Source: Eledone cirrhosa
Taxonomy: Eukaryota
DNA: 64,000 bases
Direction: 5' to 3'
Assembly: GCA_964016885.1 (NCBI GenBank)
Contig: OZ024751.1
Coordinates: 10,292,001-10,356,000 of the forward strand
The notes below the pieces were generated by a model. That model searched no databases, had not been told where the DNA came from, and saw only the letters and a list, made by a program, of their open reading frames with translations. This document shows positions 53,536-64,000 of this stretch, in pieces. Positions within the stretch are counted from its first letter, which is position 1, and the number at the start of each line of letters is the position of its first letter. The position numbers and the translations under genes were made by a program.

Positions 53536-53544
53536 ATATGTATG

Positions 53545-53575
<31 letters not shown>

Positions 53576-54130
53576 ATATATATATATATATATAGCAAAG
53601 GAAAAGTGGTAAGGAACCAGGTGGACCATAACGCACCAAAGTACTCAATACTTAGGGTAGTAGAGTGGGTAATAGGAGTAAGCAAGACCCCGACGGCTGT
53701 ATAAAGAGGTGCAGGGTACTCAAATTTGACAGAAACTATGGAAGAGGAAGACCTAGGAGAGATTGGAATGAAGTAATAAAGGATCGAGATTTCAGGTGTT
53801 ATATTTTTAACTGTTGGTCAATCAATGATAAACAAAAAAGCACCCAGCTCACACTGTAAAGTGGTTGTGTAGGTGTCACGGCAAAAAGCACCCAGTCCAC
53901 ACTAAAAAGTGGTCATGTAGGTGTCACGACAAAAAGCACCCAGTACTCACTGTAATTGAAGTTGGTGTTAGGAAGGGCATCCAGCTGTAGAAACCAAGCC
54001 AAAATCAGTTCTGTATGAGCAAGAAATGGTCACCTGACCTAGCATTGCTCACAACAGGACAACTCGTTTAACCCATGCTACTGCGGAAAAGTGAATGTAA
54101 AAAAGTGATGATGAAGATGATGATGAATAT

Positions 54131-54312
54131 ACTGAAGTGAAAACCAAACCAAACAGTGAGTGTGTTTTACTATATTTTGGCAATAGTAGGACAACATGAC
54201 CCTCCCCAATATATAACAATATCCTGAAGTGAAAACCAAACCAAACAATGAGTGTGTTTTACTATTTTTTGGTAATATTAGGACAACATGACGTTCCCCA
54301 ATATATAACAAC
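54131..54312 (+). mobile_element. Two tandem copies of the PLE extreme 3' terminus
   Basis: About 92-bp unit ctgaagtgaaaaccaaaccaaacagtgagtgtgtt...atgaccctccccaatatataacaa, twice, similar to 58911-59006. Confidence 0.75.
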
Positions 54313-55077
54313 ATACATAATGTTTTGGTTACTATTTTTAGCATGTTGTGTAAACATGTAAAATCCCATCCATTAGCTCAAAGTATTTATTGGCATCACA
54401 GTTCTGTAATCTATCATTTCATGATAGTAACTCATAGTTCCGTAATCTTTGATCTCTTGATGATTTCTTCCTCCATATATAAGAGAGTGGTCTTATCTAA
54501 TTATACATCATGATCTCTATATCTATATTCCCAACATTTACTGTGACATGCCACATGCTTCACTCATATAACTGCTATGAGCTATATTTCATATCTCTAT
54601 TAATCATTCAAGTTGACAAGCTGAGGCCATGCTGGGGCACCGCTATTCTATATATGAGGAATCTTTTTTTTTTTGCTTTGTTTTCAACAGTAAACAAATA
54701 CTGGATATATTCTTGAATATAAGTCAAGAAATATGTGACCAGAAAATTTATGGTAAAATGGTAGGGTTGACATATTCGAGATCAATATTTTGACGATTTT
54801 CAACAACCTCAAAATTCTACATAAATGAAGTTTGGATTTTTGCCCATTTCTCAGGCATAAAATAGTGGGGTTGGCTTATATTCGAGTATATATATATATA
54901 TATATAAATTTTAGTACAGCATTGACGAAGCTTTAGAATACGGCCAAGCTAGCGTATATGCATAATCGGTCTGTAGCTTGAGCACTCAGATGAGGAACGA
55001 CCCTAGAGTACTAACATTACGTTCAGACAGCTTAGCAAATCAGATATAGTGGTCGGCAGTCCAGCCGCATCACTAGA

Positions 55078-55125
<48 letters not shown>

Positions 55126-55668
55126 GTTTGTATATGTACAATAAAGCCAAAACAATGCAGGCATGGACATAGAATAAAGAATGCAAATGCAAAAGATATT
55201 GTTGACAATTAGTCTTTTACCTTAGATTTATTTAAATGTCCTTAATTTTCGAGATAATATCTCTTCTTCAGAGGGAAGTAAAGCGGTTAAACTCTGGTTT
55301 AACCGCTGTTTTTCTTATTCCTTTTTTCTTTTTTCTTTCTTTCCTCCTGTCTTTTTTCTCTATGCATTTCTCTCTCTCTGATATTTCTCCACGTTTTTTC
55401 TTTTTTCTTTTTTCTTTTTTCTTTTTTCTTTTTTCTTTTTTCTTTTTTCTTTTTCCTTTTTCTTTTTTCTTTTTTCTTTTTTCTTTTTTCTTTTTTCTTT
55501 TTTCTTTTTTCTTTTTTCTTTCTCACCGTCTTTTTTTTCTAATTGTCCTTAACACTAAGACTTATTAAAATAATATAAACAATTCACTATCCAGATGGCT
55601 TCCAAAAATAATGGTTGCATTTTAAAAGGGTACGTCAAAGCTTATTTGTAAAACTGTTATATATTGTA

Positions 55669-55729
55669 TTTTGTCTGATGAAGGCATACCATAATTTAAT
55701 TTGGTATCCCTGAAATATGTATAATGAAA
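55669..55729 (+). ncRNA. Type I hammerhead ribozyme motif
   Basis: TTTTGT-CTGATGA-AGGCATACC-loop-GGTATCCCT-GAAAT-ATGT-ATA-ATGAAA. The 3' flank is homologous to 48330-48370 in inverse orientation. Confidence 0.7.
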
Positions 55730-55904
55730 TAAATATGGTTTTATAAATATAGTTTCCATTTATTAATATCGTATATATATATATATATATATATATGATG
55801 ATGTTGATGATGATATGTATTCATTTATATTAAGGCTAAAAAATGAGTCTTGTTACTCTGAAGTTTCACTGTTTATCACAAAACTCCAGAGTAACAAGAC
55901 AACG

Positions 55905-56245
55905 CCAACGTGGTTTCATGTGGTACAGGATGCTATGACTTAAGGACTTAAGAACAAATCTAATGTGGTTTCATATGGTACAGGATGTTATGAGTTAAAG
56001 AACAAACTTAATGTGGTTTCATGTGGAACAGGATATTATGAGTTAAAGAACAAACTTAATGTGGTTTCATGTGGTACAGGATCTTATGAGTTAAAGAAGA
56101 AACTTAATGTGGTTTCATGTGGAACAGGATGTTATGAGTTAAAGACAAATCTAATGTGATTTCATGTCGTACAGGATGTTATGAGTTAAAGGCAACCCTA
56201 ATGTGGCTTCATGTGGAACAGGATGTTATGAGTTAAGGACAAACT
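55905..56245. repeat. 48-bp tandem repeat
   Basis: taatgtggtttcatgtggtacaggatgttatgagttaaagaacaaact, about 7 copies. Confidence 0.92.
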
Positions 56246-56574
56246 AGAATTTTAAGTGGAGGGTTACAACATTCTCTCTGTTGTGAATGAAGAAAAAATG
56301 TTTTACGTATTTTATTTTATTTTATTTTATTGAAAAAGGGTAGAAATATGTTTATTGTTTTTGGGTGAAATATTTTACCTTTTAAATTATATCAGTGGAT
56401 TTAACTGATTTATTTATTTGTTTTGATTTGTTTCATTTCTTTAATTGAATTTATTTCGGTAATTCAGCGCCATTTCTTGTGGCAGGTAGTCATACCAACT
56501 TACTGACTTCATATAACCTGAACAATAAACAAAGGAAAATATAGAACAAAAAAAAATGTTATAAAATCTGTAAA

Positions 56575-57150
56575 AAATATGACGTCATAAAGTCTACAAT
56601 AATACATTGTTGTAAATTCTACATTGGTATGATGTTATAAAGTTGACAATAATATGAGATCATAAAGTCTACATTGTTATGATGCCATAACGCCTACATT
56701 GGTATGATGTCATAGTCTAAATAGTTTGTTGTCATAAATTTTATAATAATATTATAATATAATTTTACATCATATTGGTATGACATCATAAAGTCTACAT
56801 TGGTATGATATCATAAAGTCTACAAAAATATGACATCATAAAGTCTATATTGGTATGATGTCATAAAATTTGTAATAATATGACATCATAAAGTTTACAA
56901 TAATATGACGTCATAAAATATACATTGGTATGATGCAATAAATTCTACATCACTACTATGACATCATAATGTTTACATTGTCCTGATGTCATAAAGTCTA
57001 CAAAAATATGACGTCATGATGTCTACATTGGTATGATGTCATAAAGTCTACATTGGTATGATGTCATAAGGTCTACAATAATATGTCATAATCTCTACAT
57101 TACTATGATGTTTACATTGGTATTATGTCTTAAAGTCTACAGTGGTAGAC
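56575..57150. repeat. 25-bp tandem repeat
   Basis: tgatgtcataaagtctacattggta and tgacatcataaagtctacaaaaata variants. Confidence 0.9.
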
Positions 57151-57533
57151 TTTAAGACTTAATTGTTTCTACTTTTGGCACAAGGCCAGCAATTACCCAG
57201 TACATTACTGGTACTTTATTTTATCGACCCCGTAAGGATGAAAGGCAAAGTTAACCTCGGAGGGATTTGAACTCAGATCATAAAGGGACGTAACTCTATG
57301 CTTCAAAGCATGGTGTCTGACTCTCTACCGATACTGCCAAAGACATAATACCAATTAGATATGTTTTTTTTAACTTCACCTGCATTGTTAATGAGAACAG
57401 CATGAACATCACAAATTCACTGTTCTGTCCTCTCCTCCTCTCTCAACATATAATTATAATATCTCACTTTCCCGCTCTCACTCCTCACTCTCTTTCTCTC
57501 ATATATATACATCATTGTCATTTTATATATGTG

Positions 57534-57620
<87 letters not shown>

Positions 57621-57685
57621 TGTTATACTTGGGGAGGGTCATATTTGTGTAATATTGCCAGAATTAATAACAGAACACACTCACT

Positions 57686-58509
57686 GTGAAGAATGTGTCC
57701 CGCATGTGCGACCCAACAGAAATGGAAAGACACATCCAACACTTCATCAACCGCATGCAGTTCTCTGGCTACAACCAAAGAGATAGAGTCAGAGTATATG
57801 AAGGAGCCATGGAGAAGTATAAGACCCTCATAGAACTGGACATGAAAGGAATTTGCCCATTGTACAGGAACAAATCATGGAATAGCTTAGATAGGGCTAG
57901 ACATAAGATAGGGAAAGCCACCTCATGGTACGACAACCAGAGATACCAGAGTGTCATGTTTGTGGACGCTACCCCTGGAGGGAAATTAGCTAACCAGTGT
58001 AGAAAGGCCCTGAGAAAGACCCACTTAAAAATTAAGGTGGTAGAAAAGCCAGGAACCACCATAAAATCCCTGATCAGCAAAACCTACCCTTTTAAGAAAA
58101 CCCACTGTACTAATAGGAAATGTATCATATGTAAGGTAAACCCCCGGATAAACTGTAAAACTAGAAACGTAGTCTATAGCATAAGATGTACAGAGGGTAC
58201 TTGCAAAAACATGACAACAACATACATAGGTGAGACAGCTCGTAGCATAGATGAAAGGATAGACCAACACCGGGGGAACTAAAAGGATGAAAAAATGGGT
58301 CAGTACTATACGAACATGCCAGACAACAACATGACGGTAACATAGACAACATAGAAATTAGAATAATATCTAAACATAGAAATGACCCAGCAGATAGGCA
58401 AATCAGAGAGGCCAGTGAAATAGAACTTAGAAGGCCAAGACTAAACAGAAAGAATGAATGGAATAATAAAAACACCCAAACAAACAACACTGACCTAAGA
58501 GAAGTATAA
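57686..58509 (+). pseudogene. PLE polyprotein C-terminal remnant (thumb/linker, Cys-rich region, GIY-YIG endonuclease)
   Basis: CKTRNVVYSIRC...YIGETARSIDERIDQH, then a stop and frameshift near 58270-58295, then SVLYEHARQQH...RQIREASEIELRRPRLNRKNEW. The RT core is absent. Confidence 0.88.
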
Positions 58510-58755
58510 ATAAGTAAATAAATAGATAAATAAATAAATAAATACATACACAAGCACAATAACAACAAACACATATAAACACACACTAGTCAGCCAATCA
58601 CGAAAACACATCAAACAAAACACTATACACACATGCAAACGCATGCGCAAAGAAGACAAAATAAAATAAACAAATAAGCAAATAAATAAATAAATATATA
58701 GACAGACTAAATAAAAATGGCGTAGACATACAATGCAACGGGAGGAAACAATAGC

Positions 58756-58797
58756 ACCACTGACGATGTTGCAGATGTGCAACGAAAGATTTATGAT
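58756..58797 (+). ncRNA. Minimal type I hammerhead ribozyme motif in the PLE terminal repeat
   Basis: CA-CTGACGA-T-GTTGCA-GATG-TGCAAC-GAAAG-AT-TTA-TG. Intact core boxes and a 6-bp stem II. Stems I and III are weak. Confidence 0.6.
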
Positions 58798-59046
58798 AAA
58801 CTATATATATGTGTTTGTGTCTATATTGTATCTGTATTATTTTTGACCGTCGGTCAGTCAATGGCAACATTGAGGACCGAATAAATTAGATTACCGATAT
58901 AAAAGACACAGAAGTGAAAAGCGAAAACCAACCAAACAGTGAGTGTGTTCTGTTATTAATTCTGGCAATATTACACAAATATGACCCTCCCCAAGTATAA
59001 CAATATTTGTTTCGACACACGATTTCATATAAAAAACCTCGCAAAA

Positions 59047-59122
<76 letters not shown>

Positions 59123-59123
59123 C

Positions 59124-59220
<97 letters not shown>

Positions 59221-59222
59221 CA

Positions 59223-59298
<76 letters not shown>

Positions 59299-59544
59299 TA
59301 TATCATCATCATCATCATCAGGTTTAGCGTCCGTGTTCCATGCTTGCATGGGTTTGGACGAGGGTTTACCCACTTGAGGCAAGAGTGGTTGTCTTGCTCG
59401 CATAGGACTATCTGGCGGGTTTTCTACAGCTGGATGCCCTTCCTAACACCAACCACATTTACAGTGTGGGGCTGGGAGGTTTTTACCGTGTTGCCTACAG
59501 GGCCACATTACAGCGTGGACTGTCTATATATATATATATATATA

Positions 59545-59888
59545 TGGAGGTACATGGCTTAGTGGTTAGAGCATTGGCCCTGCAATCGAAAGGTTGTGAA
59601 TTCAATTCTCAGACCGGGTGATGTGTTGTTTCCTTGAGCAAGACACTTTATTTCACATTGCTCCAGTTTACTCAGCTGTAGAAATGAGATGATAGGGACT
59701 GGGGTCCATATCATTCCACTGTAAAATGGTCGTGGAGGTGCCACGGCAAAAAAGCACCCAGCACTCACTGTAAATGAGGTTGGTGTTAGGAAGGGCATCC
59801 AGCTGTAGAAATCAAGCCAGAATCAGTTCCCGTCCCACCCTTGCAAGCAGGGAAAAGCGGACGTAAAATGAAATGATGATGATGATGA
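59545..59888 (+). mobile_element. SINE family B copy; others at 36312-36605(-), 46624-46842(+), 49425-49765(+), 53165-53427(-)
   Basis: Same head and core. This copy's 3' end (cgtcccacccttgcaagcagggaaaagcggacgtaaaatg) matches the 3' end of the RTE at 12550-12600. Confidence 0.88.
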
Positions 59889-59919
59889 TATATATATATA
59901 TATATGTGTGTATATATAT

Positions 59920-59951
<32 letters not shown>

Positions 59952-60390
59952 CAACTAGAAATTGATTGACATCCATATATTTAAAATAAACACATGAAAC
60001 AATCGCAGGGAATAATTTGTAAAGTGTGTAATCATACATAGCTAGGTAGGTAACTAATTAAAGTTTAACTAGAGCTTCAAAAATGTTACCTTTTTAAAAA
60101 ATGATTAATCCTCCTTGTATATATTTCATTAAAGAAACATATTTCACCGTTAATCCGTAAAGTCACAGTAGTTAAATCTCGGATCTTCAACAAGGGGGAA
60201 GATTTAACGATCTGTGCTTACACATCAAATGCAAATCTGCGAGTGAGCCATCGCACGTGTTGCATTTCTAAAACTACTAACATGCTAGCATCACCACATT
60301 GGCATGAATAGGGTGATCGAGAGCTATAAATAGCAGCCGGGTCCTTTCAACTGAATAAGCTCTACAATTAAGGAGCTGTTTATATATCTA

Positions 60391-60635
60391 AAATTAATTA
60401 AATTAAATTAAATTAAGGGAGTCATGTCTGAGACATGCACCATATCCACCGTAGATTAAGCTTAAAGATTCCAATGAATAGATCCGAGCATTTTATATCA
60501 ACTAGAAATTGATTGACATATATATATTTAAAATAAACACATATAAAATGCTCGGATCTATTCATTGGAATCTTTGAGCTTATTCTATGGTGGATATGGC
60601 GCATGTCTCGGACATGACTCCCTTAATTTAATTTA

Positions 60636-60643
<8 letters not shown>
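60391..60643. repeat. Long inverted repeat (~105-bp arms)
   Basis: aattaagggagtcatgtc...gatccgagcattttata / tataaaatgctcggatc...gacatgactcccttaatt. The spacer duplicates 59949-59993. Confidence 0.8.
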
Positions 60644-60696
<53 letters not shown>

Positions 60697-60769
60697 CTGG
60701 TGGTAGCTAAGATGCTTCCATAAGTGGTATGCTGGTTGAGCACTCTATGCTCTTACAGAGCAGAGTGTG

Positions 60770-60923
60770 ATATAATATAAAACGAAAAATCAGTGATGCA
60801 TCTGAACTCAATTTATTGTGTGTTACAATTGTTTCGCTGGCGGACAGCTCGAGACACGATCATTGTGTGGATCTGTCTGATTCTGGATCTGCAGGTTCAC
60901 CGATTTTTCGTTTTATATTATAT
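60770..60923 (-). mobile_element. Small inverted-terminus element with a degenerate hammerhead
   Basis: 27-bp inverted ends (atataatataaaacgaaaaatcagtga / tcaccgatttttcgttttatattatat). Minus strand 60820-60857 reads GTGT-CT--CGA-GCTG-TCCGC-CAGC-GAAAC-AATT-GTA-ACAC. Confidence 0.65.
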
Positions 60924-60987
60924 ATGTATATATATACTCTTTTACCCTTTTACCTGTTTCAGCCATCCGGCTGAGGCCATGCTGGGG

Positions 60988-61040
<53 letters not shown>

Positions 61041-61227
61041 TCCAGTTCATTTTCATTGGCACAGGTTGAACAACTTGGTTCTCTGGACTAACAAAACGTA
61101 CATGCATGGTATGGCGCCATTGTAGTAATTGGCTTTAATAATTATATATATATATATAATATTATAGAGTAAAATAACAGGTTGAATTCCATCCAAAATA
61201 TTTGAAGGAATTCAATCTGTCCGGCCT

Positions 61228-61810
61228 CCTGTCATTTTACTCTCCCTATCTTGCTCAGAACATTGACCGCCTGGAAACTGTTCAGAGACGTGCAACCAAG
61301 CGAATACCCTCCATCAGGCATCTACCATACTCTGAGCACCTTGCTTCCCTGGGCATGGATACATTGAAGCTCCGACGCCTGGCAACTGACTTGGTAAACA
61401 CCCACAAAATTGTTAACCATCTTGCCAACAACAACCCTGAGTACCTTTTTGATTTCCATGTGTCTAACACACGTGGACATGCCCACAAAGTAAGAAAACA
61501 GCACAGTTCCCATGACTTTCGGAAACATTTTTTCACGCTCAGAGTTGCTGAAGCATGGAACAAACTACCTGCATCAGTTGTTAGCTGTCGAGACACTGCA
61601 TCCTTTAAGGCCTCCATGCTTCCCGAGATCCGCCAACACTACAGCTAATGTTCCCCCTCCATACACATACACACATGTATACCATGACTCATACACTATT
61701 CACTTCCCTAACATTTGTGTATTATTCTATGTACTATACATACACCTTTGACGAGTTGTAGTGCACCTGAGCACTTTACACAATAATTTCATTATTATTA
61801 TTATTATTAT
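61228..61810 (+). mobile_element. CR1-clade LINE 3' fragment; 3' UTR piece also at ~2755-2972
   Basis: SPYLAQNIDRLETVQRRATKRIP...LRRLATDL...NTRGH...RKHFFTLRVAEAWNKLP, with an (ATT)n tail. Confidence 0.88.
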
Positions 61811-61932
61811 AATATAATAGGATTCAACATTAAAGAGGAATGAGATGTGTAATGTTGAGTGCTTTCCTACTGGTACATCATGATTAACATTGCAGAATGA
61901 CCAATTCTACCCAGTGGTGAATACCCAATTTA

Positions 61933-61979
<47 letters not shown>

Positions 61980-64000
61980 GTGTGTATGTGTAACACAGGG
62001 TCAATCGGGGGTACACAGTAAGTAAGGTACTAAATACATAGCAGAACATAAATTTTTAATATAGAAATGGCTTCTACAGGACTAGAACTGTTTCATTGAA
62101 GGAAATCATCAGAAAAGCTGACTGTCAATGTGATATGGTGGTATGTATATATTTTCTGTTGGTTGGGGAAGGTGGTGATTGGGTGCAGGTCATTGGCTGA
62201 TGGATTTAAAGAATGGAGATTCTTTGAAAACTATATTTAGAGAAAAATACATAGTGATACAGAATGAAACAAATGCAGGCACTCTTAATTTTCAAAGTTC
62301 ATTTATTCTACAGGGCATGTCAATACAGCCACTTAATGAAAACCCTTTGCTTGCTTAGAATTTACTCAAACACGCACATGCACATACACTCACAGCGTAG
62401 CTTTTTCATCCTCCCCTTCCTTAGTATGAGGTAGTCAAACTACTTCTCTCTCTTTACGTGTTGTGACAGAATCGCAGAAATTTATATATAGATTAACTGG
62501 CCCTGTGCCATCAAAAATGATAGCTAATTGTAATATCTATCCATAATATAAAAAAGAGATGTTTGTTTGTTTGTTGGTTGATTGGCTCCTTCACACTCAC
62601 ACACACAAGTGATACAAACATACAAACACACTACTGTGACGAATTTTAGAATACTGGACTTCTATAGTATTTCACCCTCTTCCATCCTCAGTCATCACAC
62701 TCACACAAATATTATAGATAAATATAATTTATACAAACACACATATACACACACACACACATAAACACTCATATAATAACAGCCAATGTATGTAGCCAAT
62801 TTGCTACACATATATACACACAGACGGTGCTTTCTGTAGTTTGTCCTCACCCTTTCCTTCCTCAGTCATCTCTAGTGCATGACGGACAAATACACATTGG
62901 CTTTTATTATACCATGCTTTGCAGCATGGTATAATAACCCTTTACGGTCTGAGTTCAACTCCCGCTGAGATTAACTTTGCCTTTCATCCCTTTGGGGTCG
63001 ATAAAATAGAGTACCAGTAATGCCCTGAGATATTTCCTGGCCTGGGTGACATACTGTCAAGTGTTTCGTCTCTTTTGTGTCTGGTGATTACAAGTTTGTT
63101 CATCAAGTTGTTTGTTTTGTTGATTGGGAAATATTCAGAATAATTAGATGAAGATTTATTTACATAACAGTTGTTGATTGAACACTGTAATTATTGTCAA
63201 ATGTCTGCTACAGGAGAATATATAATAATTAACTATGTTCTCTGTTAATTACTGAATACAATTACTCTATTAAAATTCAGATGGTTTAATCACATATATA
63301 TGTGTGTGTGTGTGTATGTCTGTATGTCTGTGAGTGTATATTTTAGTAAGTGTGTCTGTGTTTGCACGTTTATATTTATATACTCATACATATAAATGTA
63401 TACATATGCACATACACTCATGCACACACATATACACATATGCGTCAGCGTGTTGAAAAGAAAATTCTAGTTATCAAAAACACATGTAATCACCAGATAT
63501 CAGACCTGCCAACCTCTAAAAACACTAACGGGTGGGGGATACCATGAAAAAAGTGCCTCAAAACAGGGAGAAATGAGACAAAATAGGGAAGATTTTAATG
63601 AAAGATATACCCATTTTCACAAAAGAAGACATCTCTCACCCACCCCAAAGTGGGTGGAAGATATCCCTATTGGATAGAGAGAGTTGACAGGTCTGAAACA
63701 TGAAAGAAAAGTATGTCAAGCAGTGCCCCCCCCCCCCCCAACAGATCTAACTATAATAAACACCATACCATAAGCAACATTAACCCTTTAGCGTTTACAT
63801 TACTCTATATATACTATTGTATTTTTGCGTTAAAGTCTTTATCTCACATAATTATCTCACATAATATCGAATCTATGAGATTTTTGATTTTACTTATTTT
63901 GAGAACAATACCTTAACATCACTATGAGTGGTCAGTTACAGTGGGTTTGAACAGAAAGTGGTGAGAGAATTCTGGTTGGATATGGCCAGTTTAAATGCTA

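Larger units (their letters stand above)
57617..59006 (+). mobile_element. Penelope-like retroelement (PLE), 5'-truncated, with inverted terminal repeat
   Basis: GIY-YIG endonuclease ORF remnant. Perfect 71-bp inverted repeat 57617-57687 / 58936-59006. Hammerhead motif in the 3' UTR. Flanked by (TA)n. Confidence 0.9.

Noticed and set aside
54920-55035. Degenerate hammerhead-like boxes (CAGATGAG-GAACG...CGTTC)
   Set aside because: Both core boxes are imperfect and could be chance.

Overview
AT-rich, repeat-dense eukaryotic genomic DNA. The SINE, LINE and microsatellite content is most consistent with a cephalopod such as an octopus (inference). One host gene is supported: a minus-strand, multi-exon Lrrk/LRRK1-like Roco gene. 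Ten coding exons were traced by hand between 28420 and 476, all with GT-AG junctions and consistent phases. They give 2880 nt (960 aa) of ankyrin repeats followed by LRRs, and the gene continues off the left edge. The rest is transposons and repeats: two tRNA-derived SINE families, RTE, CR1 and R4-like LINE fragments, TTAA, hAT, Mariner and pogo-like MITEs, and many mini- and microsatellites. Most long ORFs in the track are repeat artefacts. The most notable hidden structure is a 5'-truncated Penelope-like retroelement with a GIY-YIG endonuclease, a perfect 71-bp inverted terminus and a hammerhead-ribozyme motif. It is accompanied by several sequence-distinct small non-coding fold-back elements, mostly in (TA)n tracts, carrying minimal type I hammerhead motifs. 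Some of these lie inside Lrrk introns.
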